Made by a program: the position numbers and the translations under genes. From the IMG/VR virus record IMGVR_UViG_3300037558_002627, positions 1-7,481 of that record: DNA of 7,481 nucleotides; one strand, 5' to 3'. A model generated the notes under the pieces. The model was given only the letters and a program-made list of their open reading frames with translations. It was not told the DNA's origin and searched no databases. Every line of letters starts with the position of its first letter. Positions within the stretch are counted from its first letter, which is position 1. This stretch comes from a virus. Shown piece by piece: positions 1-5,836 of the stretch.

Positions 1-127
1 CATTATGCGAAGCCTAGGATGCACGGGAATGGCCTCACAGTGCCGCAGGCGGCGGGTTTACAAGCGGATTGTGGTTGGCGGTCTGCTGCACCGTTTCGCC
101 GGTCGACTCGCTACGCTCGCCACCGGC
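1..127. repeat. Left copy of the exact 127-nt terminal direct repeat (identical to 7355-7481); circular-contig overlap
   Basis: Base-by-base comparison shows 1-127 (cattatgcgaagcc...gctcgccaccggc) is identical to 7355-7481. Confidence 0.97.
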
Positions 128-1219
128 AAACGGCACAGCACCTAGCACGGATTCAGTCACGCCAACAGCCCGCGGGCCTGACCAGGGCGTGACCCATTCA
201 CCATTGAACTGGCAGCGATACTCCAGCCCGAGGCTAACCGGCTCGCAGTCGGCCATGGCCAGGTAAACCACACGCTGACCATCGCCGATCATGACCACGT
301 CGACCATATCGCCCTTGCCTGGCTCCAGGCGCTGCATATGCCCGGTAACACGCCAACGAAGCGACTCAACAGGCGCTTGAGGCTTTTCCCTAGCCTTGGG
401 CGCGGTAGCAACCAGCGGCGCAGACTGGAGCGTTTGCGGCGGCGGATTGGTTAGCACCAGTTCCTCGATAGGCTCAGGTTCCTTGACGGCGCCGAAGCCA
501 CTGGCAAACAGGCCGCTGACGTACCAGATACCCAGCGGAAACACGATGAACGGTGCCACGATGGAAAAGATCAAAAACGGAGAACGCCAGATAGTCGCCC
601 GCTTGTCCGCCCTGCTTTCGTCGCCTACATCGTCCGTTTGGCTCTTAGTTGCACTCTTGTAATAGAGCCAGACCTTTTCAGAGTAACTATCAAACGTCGA
701 GCGGATAAACTGCGTTTTCGGCGGGCGCTGACCTTTTGCAGCGCCCTCGTAAATATCAATGCGGAACTTGCCGGACGCGCCGACAGAATCAAGCTTGTGG
801 CTTTGATACGTCTTGTCGATCAATGTAAGGCAAAAGTGCGATAGCTGATCTAAGTCTTGAGTAACGAAAATAACCCGCGTTGTCTTGCCGTTGTCGCCGA
901 CGAGGTGGCCATGCTCAGCAAGAAAAGCCTTGTCCTTATGAGGGATCTTGTTTGCCGCCATGCCTTTCGGCCAGCGGCGCCAAAGTTCATCCAGCACGGC
1001 AACGCAACCAGGCGTGAAACTATCGAACAAATCGGCATCGTCGTACCACTTGTCATCTAACTGATGAATGAGCCCCGGAAACTCAACATGAGCCTTTTCG
1101 GTCAGCGGGATATTCGTGAAAACATGCCGCCCCTCTTTAAGGGACGGCAGGATCACATTCTTAACCACACTATAACTTTTGCCGGATCGCGGCCGTCCAG
1201 TATATGCATCGATAGCCAT
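35..1219 (-). CDS. gI: Assembly ATPase pI (Zot family), 394 aa
   Basis: ATG at 1219, 3 nt after the upstream stop. Walker A GRPRSGKS near the N-terminus, Walker-B-like VAVLDELW, and IFVTQDL resembling Ff pI IIFLVQDL (from memory). One TM segment (WRSPFLIFSIVAPFIVFPLGIWYVSGLF) followed by a Pro-rich periplasmic tail. Confidence 0.93.
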   Translation of the reverse strand: MAIDAYTGRPRSGKSYSVVKNVILPSLKEGRHVFTNIPLTEKAHVEFPGLIHQLDDKWYDDADLFDSFTPGCVAVLDELWRRWPKGMAANKIPHKDKAFLAEHGHLVGDNGKTTRVIFVTQDLDQLSHFCLTLIDKTYQSHKLDSVGASGKFRIDIYEGAAKGQRPPKTQFIRSTFDSYSEKVWLYYKSATKSQTDDVGDESRADKRATIWRSPFLIFSIVAPFIVFPLGIWYVSGLFASGFGAVKEPEPIEELVLTNPPPQTLQSAPLVATAPKAREKPQAPVESLRWRVTGHMQRLEPGKGDMVDVVMIGDGQRVVYLAMADCEPVSLGLEYRCQFNGEWVTPWSGPRAVGVTESVLGAVPFAGGERSESTGETVQQTANHNPLVNPPPAAL

Positions 1220-1222
1220 AAA

Positions 1223-1498
1223 TCACCCGATCAACGGAATACGGCGCAACAGGAAGCGCGCAATCAGTGCGGCCAAGATCATGGCAACACCTTCTGCAAT
1301 TGCGAACTTGCCCGCGAAGAACAGCACGGTGCTGGGAATACCGCCCATTGCGTTTTGAGCCTGATATACGAAGTCAGGCACCGGCAGTGCCTCAACAAAG
1401 CCAGCCAGTGAATCCATTAAATCCGCCCATATCTTTTTGGGCAGATACAGGAACAAGTCTTTTAACCACTCCGCAAACTTTTCAATGTATGACCACAT
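1223..1498 (-). CDS. gVI: Minor coat protein pVI-like, 91 aa (the ORF-track version 1223..1540 is probably an N-terminal over-extension)
   Basis: ATG at 1498 is preceded by GGAGG with a 7-nt spacer and lies 2 nt after the gIII stop. Hydrophobic protein ending ARFLLRRIPLIG, which I recall as typical of inovirus pVI-like (DUF2523-type) proteins. Position between gIII and gI. Confidence 0.75.
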   Translation of the reverse strand: MWSYIEKFAEWLKDLFLYLPKKIWADLMDSLAGFVEALPVPDFVYQAQNAMGGIPSTVLFFAGKFAIAEGVAMILAALIARFLLRRIPLIG

Positions 1499-1500
1499 AG

Positions 1501-2973
1501 TTATGCCTCCAGGAACACGCGAACAGCCGCCAATGCCCATATAGCAAGCATGACGTAATAAAGCGGGTCGAATAGATCAGCGTTCTGGCAAACCCAGTTA
1601 AACGAGATAGAGCCGATAACCGGGATAGTTGCACTGCCGAAGTTGCAAGAACCACCCGATGGCATGGCGATACCCTGGACAGCGGCAAAAACTGGGGAGT
1701 TGCCCGCCCTGGCGTAGAAAGAAGTCAGGGATTCGCCGAAGCCTGCAACCTCATCGTTGCCCGGTAGGTCGCCGCCAACCTCCTCTTCACCGCAATCAAC
1801 GATGCAATCGCCGTCGCCGGTTCCAGTACCATCGCCCTTACCAATGCCAGTACCGCACTTGGCTCCCTCGCACTTGGTCTCAGAGGACGTAGTATTGCCA
1901 TTGCCATCTTTGATAGTGACGTTTGTTGTCTTAGTCGTTACCGACTGGCAGGAATTAACACCAGTGCAGTTAACGTCTGTGCGTATATCCGTCTTAGTGG
2001 TGGTAGTACCACCATCAGGATTCGACTTTGTTTCGACCTTAGTGTCGATGCTGACACCATTGGAAGAAGGCTGTTTAGTGTAGTTGCAGTTCCACTCAGC
2101 ATTATTGAAAGAGCCACAATTGGTACTTTCACCGGGAACACCACGATAGTCAGACGACTGGCAGCTAACCATGCCCTCACCATCCGCATAGTAAGAACAC
2201 GGCTTGCGGTCAGTAATGACAGGCTCATCAGGAACGTCGCAAGATTCACCCTCTGGACAAACATCCGGAGAAGTAGCCGAAGGAACAAATGAAGGCGCAT
2301 CACCATCAGCAACTTCACCAGAGAAACTAACACCAACTTTACAACGCTGGGCAGGAGGGCCAAGAGTAATAGTTCCGGGTTTAGGAGTTGCCGGAGCCTT
2401 GCAATGCGAAACATCAATAACAGTAGCGACACAACCCTGCGAAATAACAGGAGGTGGCGGAATGGGATTGCCCTCACCGTCATATTCGACATAGACAGTT
2501 GTGGTACGGGTTGACTTAGACAAATGCTCGCATTGAGAAGGCTTGTCGGCATCATAGAAAGGAACACACTCACCTGATGCAGTGGTGATCTTGGGAATAG
2601 TTACACCAGCGATAACATGATCGCCGCACTTTTCACCGCCAGGCTCTTGAGGGGCCTCGCATCCGCCAGTGGTAGGATTATAAATGGAAGGCAGAGTGCA
2701 ACCAGATCCCTGCCTTACAACAGAATGCTGAGAAATAAAAACAGGACCCATATAGAGATAGCAGGCAGCAGTAGAGCCACCAGAATATTGAAGCTGATAT
2801 GTCCTGCCATTTTTGCTAGCAAGTTTAGAACAACTAGAATCAGGGGTCTCGCCCCTAGTTTGAGTATCAGAACCAATTTGCCAGTAGTAATCTTCAGCCA
2901 GCGAAACGCCAGAATAAAACGCCGACGAAAGAATCAGTATATACAACGCGATATAAAACCGAACCTTGCCCAT
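1501..2973 (-). CDS. gIII: Adsorption / minor coat protein pIII-like, 490 aa precursor
   Basis: First ATG is at 2973 (the track start at 2994 is TTG). Signal peptide MGKVRFYIALYILILSSAFYSGVSLA|EDYY. 24 Cys in the mature part, Pro-rich linkers (PIPPPPV, PATPKPG), a Gly-rich linker GTGIGKGDGTGTGDGD (1807-1854) and a C-terminal hydrophobic anchor LYYVMLAIWALAAVRVFLEA. Position after the coat gene. Confidence 0.85.
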   Translation of the reverse strand: MGKVRFYIALYILILSSAFYSGVSLAEDYYWQIGSDTQTRGETPDSSCSKLASKNGRTYQLQYSGGSTAACYLYMGPVFISQHSVVRQGSGCTLPSIYNPTTGGCEAPQEPGGEKCGDHVIAGVTIPKITTASGECVPFYDADKPSQCEHLSKSTRTTTVYVEYDGEGNPIPPPPVISQGCVATVIDVSHCKAPATPKPGTITLGPPAQRCKVGVSFSGEVADGDAPSFVPSATSPDVCPEGESCDVPDEPVITDRKPCSYYADGEGMVSCQSSDYRGVPGESTNCGSFNNAEWNCNYTKQPSSNGVSIDTKVETKSNPDGGTTTTKTDIRTDVNCTGVNSCQSVTTKTTNVTIKDGNGNTTSSETKCEGAKCGTGIGKGDGTGTGDGDCIVDCGEEEVGGDLPGNDEVAGFGESLTSFYARAGNSPVFAAVQGIAMPSGGSCNFGSATIPVIGSISFNWVCQNADLFDPLYYVMLAIWALAAVRVFLEA

Positions 2974-2974
2974 C

Positions 2975-3049
2975 TCACCACCCCCAAAAAACAACGCAGG
3001 CAGTTATTCCGCCCAAGAACAAAAAGATGGCCTCATAAAGTTCGAACAT
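2975..3049 (-). CDS. 24-aa hydrophobic micro-protein MFELYEAIFLFLGGITACVVFWGW (pVII/pIX-like tip protein or PfsE-like membrane peptide)
   Basis: Strong SD GAGGA 7 nt upstream of ATG 3049, immediately after the coat terminator. Its TGA lies 1 nt before the gIII ATG (TGAGATG). It is the tail of the implausible 86-aa track ORF 2975..3235. Confidence 0.5.
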   Translation of the reverse strand: MFELYEAIFLFLGGITACVVFWGW

Positions 3050-3062
3050 GGCGATTTCCTCG

Positions 3063-3089
3063 AATAAAAAAGGGGGCCTAAGCCCCCTT
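3063..3089 (-). terminator. Rho-independent terminator after the major coat gene
   Basis: Minus strand reads AAGGGGGC-TTAG-GCCCCCTT followed by TTTTATT. The 8-bp perfect stem is 3070-3077 / 3082-3089 with a 4-nt loop, 15 nt downstream of the coat stop. This is analogous to the post-gVIII terminator of Ff phages. Confidence 0.85.
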
Positions 3090-3104
3090 CCCAACTGGCC
3101 GTGA

Positions 3105-3239
3105 TTAGCGGCGAATAACCGACAGAAGCAGAGTGGCGCCTTTGATCGCCACGTAAGCCACAGCAAGCAGGCCTGCGATAGTGCCGATGCCGGTAGCGAT
3201 AGCAACGAAATCGACGTTTGCGAGTACGGCTTCAACCAT
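3105..3239 (-). CDS. gVIII: Major coat protein, 44 aa, no signal peptide: MVEAVLANVDFVAIATGIGTIAGLLAVAYVAIKGATLLLSVIRR
   Basis: Not in the supplied ORF track (below its length cut-off). ATG 3239 has AAGGGG 8 nt upstream and an in-frame TAA 5 codons upstream. Acidic N-terminus (E3, D10), a hydrophobic core of about 20 residues and a basic C-terminus (K33, R43, R44). Same size and layout as the Pf3 coat (44 aa, from memory). Overlaps the orf79 stop (ATGGTTGA) and is followed by a terminator. Confidence 0.85.
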   Translation of the reverse strand: MVEAVLANVDFVAIATGIGTIAGLLAVAYVAIKGATLLLSVIRR

Positions 3240-3471
3240 GAGAATTACCCCTTATTGCGTTAAGTAGAGCCTTGGCGCCGAGCCCCACGCTGATCGGCAC
3301 GGCACAGACCGTGAACCCAGCAGCGAAGGCCTTGACCAAGGCAGGAACGTCCAACGTTTCGACGCTGAACGGCTCAGGCATGGGGTAAAGCATCCACATG
3401 CCGGAACAAGAAGGAGCGCCGTCAGCGAGGATGCTGACAGTGCCCTGGCATACGAGCGTTACGAGTTCCAT
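3232..3471 (-). CDS. 79-aa small protein with C-terminal hydrophobic segment (possible minor coat or morphogenesis protein)
   Basis: ATG at 3471 (the track start 3474 is TTG) overlaps the upstream stop as TGATG. C-terminal AFAAGFTVCAVPISVGLGAKALL. Stop overlaps the coat start. Pyrimidine-ending codon usage like its neighbours. Confidence 0.6.
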   Translation of the reverse strand: MELVTLVCQGTVSILADGAPSCSGMWMLYPMPEPFSVETLDVPALVKAFAAGFTVCAVPISVGLGAKALLNAIRGNSHG

Positions 3472-3677
3472 CAAAGAGCCTCACCAGGGAGACACTGGCC
3501 CCGCTCAGCGAACCAGCAGCCAGGCTGACCACAAGAACAGATCGAGGCCGAATGACAGTCATCGCAAACGCGAAAATCAGGCGCCGGAAGCACGTCAGGA
3601 GCGCATGCAGGCTGATTCCAAAGCTGGCCCAGGAAGGCGCCGCAGAGGTCGCAGAAGCAACGGTCTAGAACGATCAT
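3471..3677 (-). CDS. 68-aa cysteine-rich protein (10 Cys; CxCxxC ... CxxCH ... CxC; zinc-ribbon-like)
   Basis: ATG 3677 lies 12 nt after the gV-like stop, and its stop is coupled to orf79 (TGATG). Codon usage matches neighbouring genes. Cys at positions 7, 9, 12, 25, 38, 41, 47, 49, 54 and 62. Confidence 0.6.
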   Translation of the reverse strand: MIVLDRCFCDLCGAFLGQLWNQPACAPDVLPAPDFRVCDDCHSASICSCGQPGCWFAERGQCLPGEAL

Positions 3678-3689
3678 GGCGCCCTACCC

Positions 3690-4037
3690 TTAGCTGGCAG
3701 CCTGGACGGCAGCAGCAGGCGGCTTGATTTGCATCTGGACGGGCTTGCGGTCGCCAGACAGCCAGAGGTCGTAACCAGCGTTCCCGGCCTTGGATGCCCA
3801 CGGACCGACGCGTACAGGAAGGCTAACGGCCTTGCCTTTGAGCTGGTCGTAAAGGTGCTGGATACCAGCTTCTACATCAGCTTTGGACAGCTTGATGCCG
3901 ATAGTTTTGGTCTCCTGGATGCCGTACTGATTGGTGTCTTGCACCTCAAGCAGGATCAGGTTGTCAGTGAACTGGTTGTTTCCAACGGTACGAGTGTTGG
4001 CTTTGAAGCCGTGGCACAGGCCGGTGAGCAGTAGCAT
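3690..4037 (-). CDS. Putative ssDNA-binding protein (gV-like by position), 115 aa
   Basis: ATG 4037 has GAGAGG upstream. Highly biased (expressed-type) codon usage. Position downstream of gII. Ala/Pro/Gln-rich C-terminal tail, as I recall for Pf1 gV. I see no direct similarity to M13 gV. Confidence 0.55.
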   Translation of the reverse strand: MLLLTGLCHGFKANTRTVGNNQFTDNLILLEVQDTNQYGIQETKTIGIKLSKADVEAGIQHLYDQLKGKAVSLPVRVGPWASKAGNAGYDLWLSGDRKPVQMQIKPPAAAVQAAS

Positions 4038-4040
4038 GGT

Positions 4041-4265
4041 TTACACCTCTCGGGGGGAACGTTGGGCCGGCTGGCCCGGTTGGGTAATCAGGAAAACGAG
4101 CTTGGGAAAAGGCATCGCCCAACGGGCAGCAAGCTGGATAGCTTGGCGGCGAGAAAAGGGGCCGTAGCAGCAGTATTGATTGGCAACTAACCATTGGCCT
4201 TGACTGCGAACAGCAGAAACACCAGAGCGAGCAGCACGTTGTTTGAGGACACGAAGACGGTTCAT
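4041..4265 (-). CDS. 74-aa basic protein of unknown function wedged between gII and the gV-like gene
   Basis: Its ATG (4265..4263) shares its A with the gII TGA (TGATG coupling), and its TAA lies 3 nt before the gV-like ATG. NNY-rich codons like the flanking genes. This is the 3' part of track ORF 4041..4412. Confidence 0.45.
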   Translation of the reverse strand: MNRLRVLKQRAARSGVSAVRSQGQWLVANQYCCYGPFSRRQAIQLAARWAMPFPKLVFLITQPGQPAQRSPREV

Positions 4266-4606
4266 CAGGCAGCCTCCACCGAAGGTTCGACGTACCAGTC
4301 CGGGCGCTGGGCGGAGAAGTCGACCTGCACGAAGCGCAGAAGCGGCACCACGTTGCCCTTGTCCACCTCGTGCAGCTTCTGCAAGGCGGCTTTCGAGAGG
4401 CCTGCCTCGCAAATTTCCGTTACGTGACGGTAAAAGGTGCGCTTGGCCATCGACTGCATAGTCTCGTCCCAGCCGTAATCCTTGATGCTGCGATAGGTGC
4501 GGAACAGGTTCCGGGCGTGGGAGTCGTTGGGCTGGCCTTTCCGGTCGTACTTCATGTGGCGTTCGGTCAGTGCGGCCAGCACTTTTTCGTCATCAATCTG
4601 TTTCAT
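4265..4606 (-). CDS. gX: Nested in-frame gX-like product (113 aa from Met297 of gII)
   Basis: Internal ATG at 4606 is preceded by GAAGG with a 7-nt spacer. FEGMTMKQIDDEKVLAAL aligns with M13 FEGDSMNIYDDSAVLDAI, where pX initiates (from memory). Confidence 0.5.
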   Translation of the reverse strand: MKQIDDEKVLAALTERHMKYDRKGQPNDSHARNLFRTYRSIKDYGWDETMQSMAKRTFYRHVTEICEAGLSKAALQKLHEVDKGNVVPLLRFVQVDFSAQRPDWYVEPSVEAA

Positions 4607-5494
4607 CGTCATACCTTCAAAGGCCGCAAAAATTGGAGCTGTGACCGCCTGCCAGCACTCTTGAATGAAGCAACGGCCCTCAACTGCAAGGGCCTGCTGG
4701 TGCGCGATCAGATCAACAAGCCGCGACGAGACGCCGCGACGCTCGAGCCAGCGGTGCATGACCGTGGCCTCGAACCGGAGCAGGTTTTTCGAGTGCTCCA
4801 GCAAGAGAGGGTTGCCCAGCACCTTGGCAGTGCGAGCAGCGGAAAGATCACCCCGCCCTGCCCGCTTCGCGTCATCGAGCTGGCGAAGAAATTCGGGATG
4901 CTTCAGATAGGCTTTCAGGCGCTTGAGGCGCGATTCTTTGGCGCCCCAATAGGCCGTTGTCTGATAGTTGTCGCCGCGCGCCTTGGTGGTGCCGTTGGAG
5001 GTGCCGCGCAAGGCGTCGATTACCTGCTGTGCGGTCCGCTCGTTGGGCATGCGCGCGCTGTAGGTACAGTCAAGGGCGTACACCTGGGAAGCCGAAACAT
5101 CGAGCATGGCGAACAACTTGGGATAGCTACCGGCGATCCACTTGAGCATCACCAAGGCGCCCTTTTCGATACAGGTTGGGCCAAACACGTTGTGGCCCTG
5201 GAGCAGCTTCGCCGGGCTGGCCTTGATCTCGACGCCGGGCATAAGCCGCTTTCCTAACGACTCGTGGAAAACCTTGAAGGCCAGCGGCGTAAAGCCGGTG
5301 GACAAGGATTCCCACGCATGGCGCAGGTAGTCAGCCTGTAGGCTGCCGTTTTCGTCCCTGCTGATTTGGCCCTGGAGAGGAATTTCCAGCAATTCAAGGT
5401 CAAAGTAGTGGACCGGTTCGGCTCGACCATCGACGCCCAAAAGCCGGATGTGCTCCAGCTTGAAGGGTACGAAAAGGTGGATTTTGTCGAGCAC
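4265..5494 (-). CDS. gII: Rolling-circle replication initiator, Ff gene II family (Phage_CRI-type), 409 aa, GTG start
   Basis: Long blocks match my recollection of M13 gpII (410 aa): VEIKASPAKLLQGHNVFG vs VEIKASPAKVLQGHNVFG, YLKHPEF vs YLKHVEL, and NVVPLLRFVQVDFSAQRPDWYVEP vs NVVPLVRFINVDFSSQRPDWYNEP. The codon at 5494..5492 is GTG, with AGGGA 9 nt upstream. Confidence 0.93.
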   Translation of the reverse strand: MLDKIHLFVPFKLEHIRLLGVDGRAEPVHYFDLELLEIPLQGQISRDENGSLQADYLRHAWESLSTGFTPLAFKVFHESLGKRLMPGVEIKASPAKLLQGHNVFGPTCIEKGALVMLKWIAGSYPKLFAMLDVSASQVYALDCTYSARMPNERTAQQVIDALRGTSNGTTKARGDNYQTTAYWGAKESRLKRLKAYLKHPEFLRQLDDAKRAGRGDLSAARTAKVLGNPLLLEHSKNLLRFEATVMHRWLERRGVSSRLVDLIAHQQALAVEGRCFIQECWQAVTAPIFAAFEGMTMKQIDDEKVLAALTERHMKYDRKGQPNDSHARNLFRTYRSIKDYGWDETMQSMAKRTFYRHVTEICEAGLSKAALQKLHEVDKGNVVPLLRFVQVDFSAQRPDWYVEPSVEAA

Positions 5495-5528
5495 GCTGGA
5501 AAATCCCTGTGCAAAAGTGATGTTGGCT

Positions 5529-5647
5529 AAAAATCACAAATGATGTTTTGTGACTTTATAGCTGAATCACACATGACATTGCAACACATGCAAAAATCAC
5601 GTCTGTCGGAAATCACGAATGATGGCGGAGTGAAATCACAGAAAATG
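5529..5647. promoter_or_regulatory. Iteron/operator field: five direct (A/G)AATCAC repeats plus one inverted copy in the divergent gII / RHH intergenic region
   Basis: TCAC cores at 5534, 5567, 5597, 5613 and 5636. AAATCACAAATGATG (5531-5545) and AAATCACGAATGATG (5610-5624) are 14/15 identical. Inverted copy TTTGTGACTT at 5547-5556. Confidence 0.7.
5555..5584 (-). promoter_or_regulatory. Candidate sigma70 promoter for gII (TTGCAA - 18 nt - TATAAA on the minus strand)
   Basis: -35 at 5579-5584 and -10 at 5555-5560 (plus-strand tttata), about 60 nt upstream of the gII GTG. The -10 lies between two inverted TCAC-core repeats. Motif match only. Confidence 0.3.
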
Positions 5648-5836
5648 GCCAAGACCTACAGATTGCGCGACGAAGCCGTGGAAGCCCTGAACGCAAAGAG
5701 AATCAAGCTGATCGTCGAGCGGAAAGAAGACGTGAAGGAGAGCGATCTGCTGGGGGCTTTGATCTGGAAGCACCTATCGACGCTGACAGCGCAGGACGTC
5801 AAGGCGTACCGGGAAACAGTGTTGGGGAAAGACTGA
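5645..5836 (+). CDS. 63-aa ribbon-helix-helix (Arc/CopG-like) DNA-binding protein, candidate repressor
   Basis: MAKTYRLRDEAVEALNAKR...VKESDLLGALIWKHL fits a strand-helix-turn-helix RHH pattern. Divergent from gII. The track's 98-aa form (5540 start) would translate through the iterons. No good SD, so the start is uncertain or the transcript leaderless. Confidence 0.65.
   Translation: MAKTYRLRDEAVEALNAKRIKLIVERKEDVKESDLLGALIWKHLSTLTAQDVKAYRETVLGKD

Noticed and set aside
1-127. Terminal repeat as a biological LTR/DTR or as attL/attR of an integrated element
   Set aside because: The repeat is perfect, cuts through the gI coding sequence, and no host-like flanking DNA is present. A circular-assembly overlap is the simpler explanation.
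35-1219. Internal in-frame start for a pXI-like product inside gI, as in Ff phages
   Set aside because: There is no ATG between Met87 and the TM segment, and I could not support any alternative start with an SD.
1938-2573. 211-aa same-strand ORF in an alternative frame inside gIII
   Set aside because: It gives a Leu/Ser/Arg-rich low-complexity translation with no SD and is fully embedded in gIII. It is most likely a by-product of the biased codon composition of gIII.
2617-3081. 154-aa plus-strand ORF antisense to the gIII 5' end, orf24 and the terminator
   Set aside because: It is an Arg/Lys-rich shadow translation that crosses a terminator hairpin and well-supported minus-strand genes. It has no start context.
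2975-3235. 86-aa track ORF spanning the coat gene region
   Set aside because: It reads through the coat gene out of frame and through the terminator. Only its last 24 codons have an SD and an ATG (reported as orf24). The real coat ORF is in another frame at 3105-3239.
4041-4412. 123-aa long form of the orf74 frame
   Set aside because: The upstream 49 codons overlap the conserved C-terminus of gII out of frame. The internal ATG at 4265 is coupled to the gII stop, so only the 74-aa form is retained.
4370-5257. 295-aa plus-strand ORF antisense to gII, plus other plus-strand ORFs at 4194-5330
   Set aside because: These are typical antisense shadow ORFs of a GC-rich gene. gII homology unambiguously assigns coding to the minus strand.
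5534-5570. CRP-like TGTGA/TCACA half-sites in the gII control region
   Set aside because: The order and spacing (TCACA-N10-TGTGA, TGTGA-N13-TCACA) do not fit the TGTGA-N6-TCACA consensus. The motifs are better explained as phage iterons.
5540-5836. 98-aa long form of the RHH ORF
   Set aside because: The extension would translate straight through the AAATCAC iterons and adds a non-RHH leader. The RHH strand begins right after Met36. It is kept as a possibility only.
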